This document shows, in pieces, positions 37,127 through 50,500 of a stretch of DNA of 64,000 nucleotides (the stretch's first letter is position 1; each line of letters begins with the position of its first letter). Both the position numbers and the translations under genes were made by a program. This stretch comes from Amoebophrya sp. A120 (Eukaryota; Protista; Dinoflagellata). The stretch lies in the NCBI GenBank assembly GCA_905178155.1, contig CAJINV010000003.1, positions 11,821,105 through 11,885,104 of the forward strand, in the 5' to 3' direction. The notes under the pieces are model-generated. The model worked only from the letters and a program-made list of their open reading frames with translations, was not told the origin of the DNA and did no database searches.

Positions 37127-40100
37127 ATGGCGCCGTCGACGCGATGCGAGGCACGAGGTTCGCCGGGGCTGCGGACGAGGACTGCGGTGTCGCTGTACAT
37201 TGGATCGTCCGCTTGCTCGAGCACGAGCAACAGCGTCGTGCAAGCTGCTGCTCCACCACCACTGCACAGGAAGAGTTTCTTTTCTTATCTCGGCACAACT
37301 GCGGCACTCCACCTGCTAACTGCGCAGGGAATTCTGCAGAGAAGGGAAGAGGCGGGAGTGGGCGTAAGGATCGCGGGAGATGCGCCGGATGCCGACGCTG
37401 TTCTCGGGACTTCTGCAGCATCTGAATACTACAAAGCTTTCGCAGAGGGAGCTCAGCACCTGCTTGCGCGAAAAGATGAGGAGGAAGGACGTTCGGATGG
37501 CGCGGGTGGTTCTCCTGGCGCAGCAGACGCAGCACCGAAAAAGGTTGAAGAAGAGTACGACAGGGCAGACCCTGCGCTCCCGGAAACCAGCCGCGGTCGG
37601 ATGCGTGACCCGCGGGGAGTAGAAGGCACCGGACACGGCAAAGGTGAGAGTGAAATAATTTCGAAAAAGCACTATGGGGAGACATCAAAGGTGGTTACAA
37701 GAAGTTCTCGCAGTACCGGCACAGCGGACGACGAACCTTTCAGTCATGATCCCAACGACAACGCGCCCGCGGACACGCCATCCCCTTTTGCCGCCCTCCA
37801 GGAACGCGAGCGAGAAAGCCGGACGAACAAGCAGCAACTACTAGCAGCCGGAGAGAACGCTGCTCCCGCCCCGCCCGAAACAGCGGAGGCCACCCCTCCT
37901 CCTCCTGCAAAGGCAGCCGCCCTTCCCGCCTCGACGTCCGCCGCGCCGGGGGCGAAGAAAAAGAAGACCACGGAGGCGGCCGAGAAAAAAGCGACGACGA
38001 AACAGAAGGGCGAGGAGGAACGCGAAGCCACGCTGCGGCGAAACCGTGCCCAGGTGCAACTGCTGCACGAGGCCAAGCGCTGCCCGGTCATGTTCGATGC
38101 GGAATACGTGAAGACGCTCAACTGGGGCGGAAAATTCGTCCCGAGGCCGTTGGACCCCCCGGCCAGCAAAGACGGCGCGGACTTTCCGGATAATGAGGTC
38201 CCGGCCTGCCAGAACAGCGAGAAGAACGACCCGTTTGCATATGCAGGGAAAATATTCTTTCGGGGTCGGGATTTCTGGCAGCACGAAAGTTGATTAGCAA
38301 AACAAGATCTGTGAAGATGCTTGTTGAATAGCGGTGGGTCAATTTTTTGTCGTGCTGGGTGGCAGGATTTTGCCACGCGAAGTAGGGTTGTACGTAGAAC
38401 TCGCAGTAAGACTTTTTGATGCGTGTTTGTCCTTCTACAAAATGCCGCCATGCAAGACTCAGCTTGGCAAATCGCTAAGCGCGCCTTTATCCAGACCCAA
38501 TCACGATTTTTGCATTTGATATTGCCGCCATGGTCGCGAATCTGGCTTGGATGCAGAAGCTGGATAGCTGGGTGCGGACCGGGAATGTAGCGGGCGGAAC
38601 GCCAACCTTGTCGACGACACTGGAGAACCAGTGGAAGGTGGACCTGGATACGGAAACGGAGCGGCTGCGCAAGGACGCGAGGGCGGTGCGGCAAAATTTG
38701 CTGGACAAAGTCGTGAACGAAGCCGACGAAAGTCGAAGCGCGGTATGGGGGAGGACGAGCGGAGGCCGGGATAGTCACGTTGCGGTTTTTTGCATACTTC
38801 TGTAGTTGTAGCTCCTTCACAATTCGAGAATTGGCTCCTTTCCTGTGCGTAGGATAAGGGGGGCATATGCCAGCGTCCGCGATGTTTATTTTGTGATGCA
38901 ATTACATACAGAGAAGCCAAGATGTGAATGAAAGTTGTACTTCGGCATGATGTGAAACAAGTAGCAGAGCAACGTAAAGACACCGTGGTAGGATTTTTTC
39001 GTCTCTACATCGGGCGAAAAAGGACGACTGCAAGACGGCGACGGAATTTCAAGGATTGCTCAAGAACGCCAAGGCCTTTTGGGACAAAAAGTAAAGAAAA
39101 ATACGTTTTTTTTTGTGTAGGGTCTTATTTGTTCTTTGTGTAAGTAGTCATGTAGACAGATCAGCATTATTGAACTCAAAGTCGGCGCTTGCAGTTGCAC
39201 AGTGCAAAACATCCACACAGAACCTGATCGTTCTTTAAGTCCAACACCTACGTCTCACCAGGGTCCCGGAGCTGATGGAGAAAACCCCCGAGTCGATCAA
39301 CCTGGATTTCCCCCCCTCGGAGTGGGCCACCATATTTAACCTTCACCCGCTGGAGGGCGCGCACACGCAGCAGGCGCAGGAGGTGGAGAACCTATCTGCC
39401 GAAGACCAGAAAGATTTGGAGCTGCTGGAGGCGCAGGCGGGCAAAACGGTGAAGCGCAACTTCGGTCTCTCCGCGTTTCTGAAAAGGATCCAACCCTCGG
39501 TGGTAGAAGAAGCCGAACCTAGTACTGGCGAGGGGGGGACCACGAGCGGCGTCGCTACTGTAGTATCAGTGCTAGAGCAGATGAAAACATCAACCGAAAA
39601 GAAAAATGGCGGTACTTCTAGGACGAGTGCATCAGCTTCTACTTCTGCGGTTGAAAAAAAACAAGCAACCAGTGCGGACGAAGATATCCTTCTCGAGGAC
39701 ATTCTCCTCGGCGACACGATCGGCGAGGACGGCGAAGCGGTGCTGACAGTCGGGGAGGGAGATGCGTCTAAAAGGGAGGCCAGGGTGGAAAACAGTGCAG
39801 AAAGCACCTCTTCACCCTCGTCTTCAACAAGCTCGTCCTATTCTTCCCTGCAAGCCGCGCCTTCCACGACGCCGGACCCCGAAACCGGTTTAAAAAACGC
39901 AGACGGGAAGAAAGCAGACCACAGCGCAGAAGGTCTGTCTGGACGACGAGAAGAGGGTGACAATTCCGCCGCGCTCCAGGTGCAGGTCGGGGGCAAGCCC
40001 GCGCCGACGTCCGCCGACCCCCAAAAACAGCTGACGTCGGCGTATAACTTCGTGAAAGAGCGGCTGAACCTCGATGCCATTCTATCCTGAGTAAAAACGT

Positions 40101-41260
40101 ACCCACGCCAGAGTTGTAATGCAGGTTTGCAAAGACAGGAAGACTTGTAATGCGCATCCCCATGAGAGCCGTTTCCAGTCGTGTTTTGGAATTTGTGATG
40201 CTGTGAACAGGATGAGCAGATGAATCTGTGATGCGGCTGCACTTGCTAACCTGCACTATGTTGCAAAATCCCCATCCTGACTCTGGTGTGGGTACGTTTT
40301 TACTCAGAATACATCCTCGACAAGGGGCGACAGATTATGGCGGCGCGGAAGGAGGCGCGGTGTCCGAAAAACCAAAAAAAGTGGAAAAAAGTCACGGGGG
40401 AATACAGCAGCAAGGTGGACGGGTTCCAGAATAATTTGAAGAAATGGGACTTGGTGGCGAAGAATAATGTGGAGGCTGTGGCGTATGGGACGAGGAAAAT
40501 GAGTAACTTTGAGGCAGGAGTGCATCTTCAAATTGATTTTTACACTTGCATCTAATCCCACAAGAAACGGATTGAAAGTCATTCCCTTTGTCGCTGTGAA
40601 AATGGGACATGTTGGTAAAGACCCCCTCAGAATCTTACTCTTCCTGTTCATATTCCAAGTTCCTTAGCGAATCGCTTATCGGAAACCGATAGCGGAGATC
40701 ACGCGAAGCTCTGGGTCCGGTTGCAGAAGGACACGGGGGGAAATTTGCAGGTACAGGCTGCACGATTGATGTTATTTCGGGACAGCTAGCATGAGGAGGT
40801 CGTTGTTTTAGTTGCATGAGAATCTTCACTGAGGTCGTTGTTTTTATTGCAGAATGAGAGACCACGTCGAAACTGTTGACTTCTTACTGCCATCGCTTCA
40901 CACGACAAAAAAACACAGATTACCCGCGCCAAAGCTATGGAGGTCCTTGCGCCGCTGAAGAGCACGTTTCCTGACTACGTATCGCGTGCGTCAGAGTTGG
41001 ATATCGCGAGCAACCCGAGCTTGGACGAGGAGCGCCAGGATTATAGCACAAGCATGCGGCAAATGCCGGGGACGGAACTGCTGCAACTGCTGGTTGACTG
41101 CAGTGAAAGGAGAAACCACCTCGAGAAGCTGTCGGAAGAATCTCTGACGCTGGTCGCTTTGCAGGAGCTAATCCTGCCACTCTGCATGGCCGGAGCGAGT
41201 TCTCTGGGTAGCGACTTTCCAACTTTTACCGCACAGAAACAAGTTGCTACCCGCGTGTAG
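37127..41260 (+). CDS. 5' exons of a large putatively secreted protein (probably the same gene as 41540-64000)
   Basis: ORFs 37127, 38530, 39275, 40286 and 40937 link via elements 38240, 40083, 40484 and GT-AG introns 39091-39261 and 40751-40918. Junctions near 38744-39008 and 41258-41430 are not resolved. Confidence 0.6.
38240..38521. mobile_element. Introner (aged)
   Basis: TSD ttgca/ttgcc; joins DPFA-AMVANL. Confidence 0.75.
40083..40311. mobile_element. Introner, tatcctgagtaaaaacgt family
   Basis: ~31-bp TIR; TSD cattc/catcc; joins DAI-LDKGRQ. Confidence 0.88.
40484..40652. mobile_element. Degenerate introner
   Basis: tatgggacgaggaaaatgagtaa / ttactcttcctgttcata; frame restored; right end could instead be ~40666. 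Confidence 0.5.
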
Positions 41261-41539
41261 TCAGTACCACTATTGTACTATGCAATCCAAAGATGTTGGA
41301 TCCAGGCACTGTCTCAGTTGCTTTATATCGGAAGCGGTCTGGTGCGGTGGGCCAATAAGAATCCCTATCCGTGAGGACAGATTTTTCATCTAGTCTGTTT
41401 ATTTCTTTGCCTAAAACGACCAATAGTGTGAAGGCTCCATGCGGGGGTCACTTTTTTCCCCTTCACACGCTCGGGGCAGTGCGAGGATCTGGAAAAGATA
41501 AAGAAGAAAGCGCGACAGGCGGCCGACATCGAAATCAAT

Positions 41540-44500
41540 GTGTCCAAAAACCAGGCGAAAATTTTGAGCGCCATCGACTGGGAGCACGGGCAGATTTTGG
41601 ACGAGTACCAGACCCTGTTGAAGGATATCGAAAATGTCAGTTTCGACCGCGTGCACCGGCACTTGTTGCGGGACACGGGAGCGAATCTGTTGCAGCTAGG
41701 AGGTGGTAAGAAAAAGCAGCTGTCAGCTTCTTTAGCGTCCTCTTCTTCTGTGGAAATCTTCGCTCCGGGCCCTCGCGCGGGAGGCGACAAGAAGATTTTG
41801 GAAAATACTCCGGTTCTTTTGCCGCCGAGAACGCCGTTGAAACGGGTGGTCGAGTTTCAATTTGACGTGGAAAAAATTCTTGCCGACAGTGATGAAAAGT
41901 TGCGGCTTTTGGACAGAGAAAACGGGCTACGAGAAGATGAACTGCGGCTGGACCACGCAGCAGAAGATCGCGCAGGTGTTGAAACTTCTTCCTTTCAAAG
42001 TGCTTCGGGCTTGGAAGTGGGAAGCGGCCCGCCGCTTCGGCCCAAGAAAAGCCAACCGGGAATTATACAGGACGCCTTCGACGCCAGTGGGGCGCTGCTT
42101 GAGGAGGGCTCAATGGAGGAGAAAAACAACATCAATCCGGTTGTCCACCAATCTGAAATAGCAAAGCCGAATAGAGTTGGGAGCCTACTGGAAGAAGAGG
42201 AAATCGAAACGACCGAGGCAGAAGCAGAATACGGTGGGATAAAAACAGCAGCGCCAAGACCTTCTACTTCCGGTCCCCCGGGAAGATCATCCCGAGATGA
42301 AACCGCGGGCTCGCTGTCGGACGTGGTTCGGGAAGATGAAAGCAACAACCTCCCGGCCGCCGCCGACCCGGACGACTATTTGCCGACGCCCGAGGAGGAG
42401 GCTGCGGAGATTGTGGAGGGGAATTTCGAGGACATGACGGAGTACGATAAGGCGACAAGTAACCTCTTCGACGTTTCGAAGGACGAAAGCTACGAGCTGA
42501 TAAAACAGAAGCAGCGGGAAAGGAGGAGGGCGCAGCAGAAGGACGGAAGAAGTCAAGATTCTAGAAGTAGTACTAGTGCCAGTGAGGACTCGTCCACTCT
42601 TGATGGAAACACCAATGCGCTGGTTCAAATTGGAACATCAACTACTTCGGCAACAGCAGCAGGCTCTGGAGGTGGTAGAAAAGGCAAGCCGGCAGGCGGG
42701 AAAGGAAAGGACGCAGACGGTGACGAGGAACAAGATTTTGACTCATTAGACGAAGCCGACGACGCAGACCCGGAGGCGGTGAAAGACGGCATCAACCTCC
42801 ACCGCAGCTGGCACACGCTCGTCGAGACCTGGAACGAGTACCACCACGCCCAGGAGAGTTTGGACCGCTTAAAGCGTCGCCACACGCAATTCCAGCAGCA
42901 CGCCGAGGCGCAGGCCAAGCGGTTGGAGGAAAAGGTGGCGGAGATAGAACGAAATTCGGGCGGGGGAGAGCAGGTGGGGGCTGCGGGCAAGGGATCGTTC
43001 TTGCAGCAAGAGGAAGAAGAAAAACCGGTTTTCAAGCGAAGAAAGGCAAAGGACGGCGCGGGTGGCAACGGGAAGAACGAGCAAGAAACGGCAGGAGCTA
43101 GTACAACTGCAGGAGGAGCTGGTAAAAAGAGGTCGTCGTCGTCCGTGACGCAAGCGCTGAATTGGGACTCCAAAATGGATAAATTGCGAAAAGCTTTGCG
43201 CGAGAAGGACCAGGACGCGGGCAAGATTGAGCCCCTGTTAGAAGAATTTCGAAAGACGCAAGTGGAGGACGTGGCGAAAGATCTGCAGGAAAAAGCGAAA
43301 GAAGCGTACGGCAAGATGGTGAAGGTGCTGGACCAGGCCGCGAAGTTGCTCAGCGCGAAGGCGTCCGCGACACAAGAACTGGAGGACTTTCTGAAGACCA
43401 CTCTGTCGCAGCAGTCTTCCAGCAGCATGGCAACCATGGTGGACGCGAAGCACGAACTCGAGTTGCTGCACAAGCAGATCTATCAAATGTAAAAATGTCT
43501 GGGTCTGGAAGAATGCATGCTTGTCATGCTTGTCTGGCATGACTCTTAAATCTGTCATGCACGCTACCCAAGAGCCCCATTTTTCTGTGATGCAGAAACG
43601 CAGTTTGTCATGCAGAATAGGCAACACCTAGAAGCTCAGAAACTTGTCATGCTGAGCCAGCACTTGTGGCCTCATCATGAGACGCCACCCAGCATCACAA
43701 GTTTCCAGACCCAGACAGCTTTACATTTGATAAGATCGCGCGGATGCGGCCCAAGCCGGGGAATATCAAATGTAAAAATGTCTGGGTCTGGAAGATTGGA
43801 ACTTGTGATGCTAACTTTGGACTCTAGAAAAATCTGCAATGCATGACCAGCGACAGGAGTCTACTTTGTGCTACGCGGGGAGGGCGTTTGTCATGCGGAG
43901 TAGGCATCAGGCAGCCCGCTCAAAATCTGTGATGCGCGGTTGTGCATTACAGACATCCTGGGTCATGCAGAACATGCATGACAGATCTCAGAATCTTCCA
44001 GACCCAGACATTTTTACATTTGATAGGGAACGAGGTGCTGCAAAAATCGAAGCGGCCCGTGCTTCTGGCCGCGCAGGCCGCGAACACCAATTTTAACAAA
44101 ATCGGGGCGGAATTGCTGAAAGTGCTCACTTCGATGGACGAAGAAAAGGACACGTTGATGACCCAGGTGAAGGAAGCCGCCCCTGGCGGCGCGGGCTTGT
44201 CCGTGTCTGGGTGGTACGCGCAACTGCCCAACACCGCTGACTTCGAATCGGCAAACGGGGCGACGTTGCAAGCCTTCCGGAATTTCGAGCACCACCACAG
44301 CCGCGCCCAGCAGTTTGAGGCCAAGTATTGCTTGGTGGTTCCCGTGCTGCGGTCTTTCTACGACCAGGTCACCCCGAAGGAGCACCACGTGTGGCCCGAC
44401 GTGATCGAATTGTCGGAGGAATTGACGCAGAAAGCGGACAGCGTGCGGCGAGCCATTCCCCGGCGGGTGGCCGCGATCGCGCAGCTGGCGGACCGCCGCT

Positions 44501-47500
44501 TCGAAATTCCGCAGAACGGGGCGGGGGCGCTGCGGCTGCTGCGCCAGGCCTCGATGACCATGGACCGGATCATCCTGGGCTGGAAAGAAGCGACGAGCAA
44601 GTCGAAGTCGTTCGCGGCCGGCAAGCTGACCGCGCGGTACACCGGGTTGAAGCGCGCGTTCGACGCCAAGCTGTGGCAGTTGGAGGACAGAATATGAGAG
44701 TGCCCAACTCCCCCTCCCCCTCATTTGTAATGCAAAATACCCAGTCCACATCTTGATCTTGCCTCTAAGCACAGTTGGCATCACAAATTTTGGAGCCTCA
44801 AACAGTACCACAATCTGTGTGCAGGTTTGTCATGCGGAGCCCACATTTCTGGCGTTGCTTGTGTTGCTGCTCATGCCATTCAAATGAGGGGGAAGGGGAG
44901 TTGTGCACTGTCACACAGAAACCGGCGGCACTTGAACGCGATGGAGCAGGACATTGAGACGTTTTCCCACGACACGCAGGGGCTTCGCGACTGGGTCGAG
45001 TCGGAGCGGAAACGAGACGAGTTAGACGACGTGATTCGGGAGCAAATGCAGCTCGCCGAGGACCAAGCGGAGCAGAAGGAATTGGAAAAACTCAGTAACA
45101 TCGCGAAGGGCATTATGGGAGCGTCAGCGATTTGAAATCGATAGAAAAAGGCGAGAGAATCTGTCATGCATAAAATGCAAGGCACAGGATTATGTCCACT
45201 GCTGTATTGGAGAGCAGGCTAGTGAGACCGAGTGTGGGCCTGTTTATTGTTGGAGATAGAGCTGCTGAAGTATAGCACTTGTAAAAGCGAAGTTTTCTTT
45301 TCCCAAACAGCGTCACAAATTGGATTCGGGTGCTTTCAAAATTTGTCATGCGCCACTTAGAGCCGGAGCCCCCGGCCCGGGGGCTCAAAGTGGTATCGAT
45401 TCTATGCATTTCGCATCACTTCGACTGTGTCGATTTCACGCCTGGCACTACCATACGCATCGGGGCTGGAAAAAGTGATGCGCAACAAAACGGTGCAACT
45501 CCTGCAGCGGAAAACGAAAAATCCAGCTCCTCCTCTTCCCTTCAGCTGATGACACAACGGAAGATGGGCAGCTTTTTCAACAGAGGCAGTGGTGCAGAAG
45601 AGAAAAAAGAAGACCCAGCTGCTGGTGCAGCTGACGCCGAAGGACAAGTCGCGGCTCCTGCGGCCGCGGGGAATACTAATGCAGAAGGTACTAGTACAGA
45701 ACCAGAAGCTGTAGCTGCCCCCCCTACTACAGAAGCTGTAGCTGCCCCCCCTACAGCAACCACCGGGAAGACGAGGAGCGGCAAAATCGATTTCGAAAAG
45801 GACAAACAAAAGTTGGAACAACAATCTTCGGGGGACAAGGCGCTCGACGATTTGATGGATAAGCGCGCCGACCTGCTGAACATGCCCCACTACCAGCTGA
45901 AGTCCGACGTGGCGCCCAGCCAGACCGGGTTTTACGAACAAATCCGCTACCTGCCGCAAACCTGCAATAAGGCGACCGAAGATCTAGCCGCCCACTACGA
46001 GGGCCTGCGGCGGCTGCCCGGGTTTGAAGCCGGGGGCAAGGTCTCGATGGTCACCGTGGCGTCGCGGAAACAGGCCGTAGAATTCGAGAAAATCTTTGAA
46101 GCCGCCGCCGGGGTGGGCGAGGGGGAGACGCACTTCACCCCACCAGCCGGGTGTTCCGTGTGGACCCCGCAGGGTCGGCAGACCAAATATTTCGTTCCCG
46201 TGTTCTCCTGGCTGCCAGGGGCCGGCGCCTCGTCGGATTTTGAATCGGTGCTGGAAAAGCGACGGAAATCGTCGGCGGAGGGCCGGCTGGACAACATCGA
46301 ACGGTTGTCGAACCGCTACAAGGGCCTGGAGGAGCGACTGAATGCCGGGATTGAAAAGGTGCAGCAATCAGGAATTTCCACCGCGCAACCGTCGGAGAAG
46401 GCGGAGCAGGTCGTCGGCGGCGACAACCATGTCGCGAAAGAGGCGTTGGAGGAAACGACGGCGACGGCGAGGTTACAGACCCAGAAGGAAGCGGTATCGC
46501 AAGAAAAAACTGTAAACTCGTATATGAATATGTACTAGAAAATGTATGTCAGAACCAGAAGTTTTTGTCTTACGACACATGATGCGAGAGAATGGATGTT
46601 TAGCCGTGTTTTAAGGGACTGCCTCGCATGATGGCAAATTTCCTCTTCATGTGGAGCAAACTTGTGATGCAAAAGTGGCAAAATGCTATACCGTGAGTAG
46701 CACAACTTTTTTCGTACGATACGCGGTGAAGACGAATTTTGATAAACTGGTTTCCGAGTGGCTCCGACTCATGCTGAAGAAGGTAACCCGGCTAAACGAC
46801 GCGGTTCGAATTTACACGGACAAGCGGTTTTCGGGCACGACGAGAAGCGCGTTTGCGCCGCAAAGTGCGGACACAGCCTTGTCGGACAGTAAAAAGTTGA
46901 CCAGTTTTCGCCTTGGTTTAGAGCATATGGACGATAAGTTGAAACCCCTGAAAACGCGCGCCAACGTATCCTGCTTGAAAAAGTCCCCGCCCCAGAGTTG
47001 TCATGCAAATCCGGATGATGCTTGAAATGTCTCGCATGCGGAGCCCAATGTTGAGAGCCGTTTTCTCGCGGTGTTTTTGAAGTTGTAATGCTCGAATCGG
47101 CATAATATGCTAGTAGATCATCTGTGACGCCTCTGAACTTGATAAACGCGACTACACTGCGCAACATCCAAACTTGTCCTGCGCGACAGCCAAAGCTTGT
47201 TGATTTGATGTCTACGCAGATTTATTCCAATCTTGCCTCTGGGGTGAAGACCACGTTTTCGCACCGCATACAGTGACGTGCTGCAGCTGCTGCGGCAGTT
47301 TCCCCCCATCTCTGAAAACGCGGGGCGGGACCCGACGGACGAAAAAGCGGCCATGTATAACAGCTTTTTGCAGACCTGGCAGACCTGCCAGAGGTTGCTG
47401 AAGGAGAAGTTTTTGGAGCCGCTGGCCCAGGAACTTCGGGTGCTGGACGGGCGCATGTTGAAAGTGACAAGCGAACTGCAACGAGGGGCGAAGAAAAAAA

Positions 47501-50500
47501 TTGAGGCCACGGACAACGCAGTCGCGGCCGCGAACTATTTGGGGCAGCAACAGCGGCTGTACGCGGACTTGGAGGAGGAGAAAATTCTGAAAGCGTTGAA
47601 AGGAATGCTGTACTTCGACCCGATCAACGACCCGGTGGACCTCGAAACGGCACTGGACGAGACAGAAGACGATGAAACCGCCCCGCCGGGGAAGGGCCAG
47701 GCGCCCCCCGTTTCCGCCGTGCCTGAGCAGAGTGAAACCTCGCTGCGGGCGTTGGTGGAAGACACCGAGGACCAGATGCAAAAGGTGAAGATGCGGACCA
47801 TGGGCGAGTTAGTCGACGGCAACGCGGAGCACATCACCGTCGCCATGCACAACGAGCTTCTCGCCGGCCTGCAGTTATCAAATGTAAAAGTGTCTGGGTC
47901 TGGAAGGTTGGAGCTTGTGATGCGAACTTTGGACTCTAAAAAAATCTGTCTTGCATGATCAGCAAGAGGAGTCTAGTTTGTGCTACGCGGGGAGGGCATT
48001 TGTCATGCGGAGTGGGCATCAGGAAGCCCTCTACAAATCTGTGATGCTAGGTCATGCATTACAGACATCCCGGGTCATGTAAAATATGCATGAGAAACCC
48101 GGCAACATTCCAGACCCAGACATTTTTACATTTGATGGCAGTCGCTCGGCAGCAATTTTGACGCCCAGTCCTCGGTGGTAGGCCTGTCCTCCGTGTCCAG
48201 TCGCCACGGCGATTCGCAGGAGCGCAAATCCAACGAGGCCGCGAAAATTACGGAGACAAACATCGAGCACGGCGAGGAGATTGGGACGCTGACGGAGGAG
48301 GATCAGAAGAGGTGGGGGCGGTCGGTGGAGAGTGCGAAGAAGTTTTTCACGTACTTGGCGCAGGACTTCCGGGAGCTGTTCGCCTCGATTAAGATTATCG
48401 ACAATTACCTTTCCAAGGCGGTCGCGAAAGATGACCGGTCGACGCTGGGAAAGATTTTCGTCGGCGGGGCGGACCCGAGCGGGAAGGACCTGAAGATTGA
48501 AAACCAGGACTCGCCCCTGAATTTTCTCCACGCGGAACGTTTTGTCCGGTACTTGGAACAAGTAGAAGGGAAATACGCCGCGGCCGGGCACCCCTACTAC
48601 ATCTGCCACGTTGCCACCTCCGGGCAACTACTGCTGCAAATTTTTGACGCGCTGAGCAAGGGCGACCCGAAAGCACTCAAGGCGGCCGTCGACAAGCACC
48701 AGGGGCTGCAGCCGGCGGAGCGCGGGTGGTTTGGGGGAATGAGTATGGGAGATCTGTTCAAGAAAAACCCGTTCAAAATCAGCGACCCGGAGATGACGGA
48801 GGCGATGCGACAAGCGAAGGAGGTACTGGACGCGTTTCAGAAACTATCGCAGGAAAAAACTGTTTCTCTGTGAACTTGTGATGCAGAGAATGGAGCGCAG
48901 AACGATTTGTCTTGCCACACCTGCAAGACCTTGACTCTTTAACGGTGTTTTCCCTTTGGAAGCGCGCATGGCAAATTTTCTGTGTCATGTGTAGCAAACT
49001 TGTGATGCAGATCTTGCAAAATCATCACAGTGAAACAGTTTTTTCGTAGGATAGCAACCCGACACGTTTTTGAACGTATCAACTGTAAAAATGTCTGGGT
49101 CTGGAAGAATCCAACTTGTCATGCTGATTTTGGATTCTAAGAAAATCTGTATTGCATGAGCAGCAAAGAGAGTCCAAATTTTGCAGCACGGAAAGAGCAT
49201 TTGTCATGCGGAATAGGCATCGGGAAGCCCTCTAAAAATCTGTGATGCTAGGGCATGCATCACAGACCTGAGGAGTCATGCAAAATGTGCATGACAAACC
49301 CGGCAATCTTCCAGACCCAGACATTTTTACATTTGATAGAACGACCAGTACTACAAATTGCCGAAGGAAGTTCCGGAGGAGCAGAAGAAAAAGTTCAAAG
49401 AGCAGGCGGAGAAGCTGCAGCAAGCCGCGGCCGCGAGTGCAACTTCTAAGGGCGAGACCACGGGAAAGGCCCTGGCCGCCGCGGGGATGGCGTCCAAGGC
49501 CGAACCCTACTGCCTGGAGTACGCCACCTGGTCTCAGATGGCGCGCGGCCGGCACCAGGAGGCCAGCATGAAGGTGAAGCAGGCCTGGGATGGCGAGGTG
49601 GTGCAGCCGTTGAAGCAGATCGAGCAACGGTACGCGGTGGCCGGCGCGTTGCCCAAGATGGCAGAACGCATGAAGGACAGCGAGTACCTGGCCCGCCACG
49701 CCGCCTTGGTGGAAAAAGTGGAAACGGACTACTTGGCGAAGAACGAACAGAAGGGGGAATTGAACCCGGCGCTGCTGCTCTGGGTGCAGAACTCCGACAT
49801 CGGGAAAGAGCCAATCTACTACATCGTCGGGAATATCAAAAACTTCAATCCCGGCCCGCTGCTCGCGGATACGGTGGAAAAGGACACCATTTTCAAGAAA
49901 GAAGGCCCGACCTTGGAAACCGTGCGGCAGCTCGTGTCCGCAACCCAGGCGGCGTCCGGGTCCGGGCGGGAGGCGCGGTGGGCGCTGCCCCTGATCTGGC
50001 ACGCGGCGACGAAATTAGACCGCCAACTGGACCGGTTGCGGAGGAAGGTTGCGAGCACGGCTACCATGGACGCCGTAGACAGCTTGATCGACACGGTCGC
50101 CCCCCGGTGGAAGCAGTTAGCGCACACGCAGGAGGTGAATTTAGACTGCGACACCAAGTTCCAACCAGAAGACGGCGACAAGAAGGCGGTGCACTACTTG
50201 AGTAAGTTCGAGCGAAAGGATGTGGAGAACCAACTGCGCGCTGGGGGAGGCGCAAGGTGGACGTATTTGACCACGCAACCCCGGTTAGTCGGCATGGCGG
50301 CATTGGCATACGCGGACAATGAGGTGCTGCCCGTTGCGGAGGCGGATGAAAATACCATTCCGGTCGAAGCCTTGACGGACGAGCACACCATGACGCTGCG
50401 GACCCGGGCGCAGAGCACGCAGAAGCGGGCGGAGCTGACGCGGGTCGAAGCTTCGTTGGCCCAGAAGGCATGGACGCACTACGTGATGCACGAGGTGTAC

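Noticed and set aside
43481-49338. Repeated ~30-bp sequences resembling a CRISPR array or REP elements
   Set aside because: They are inverted pairs ~250 bp apart with irregular spacing, no cas genes and a eukaryotic context.
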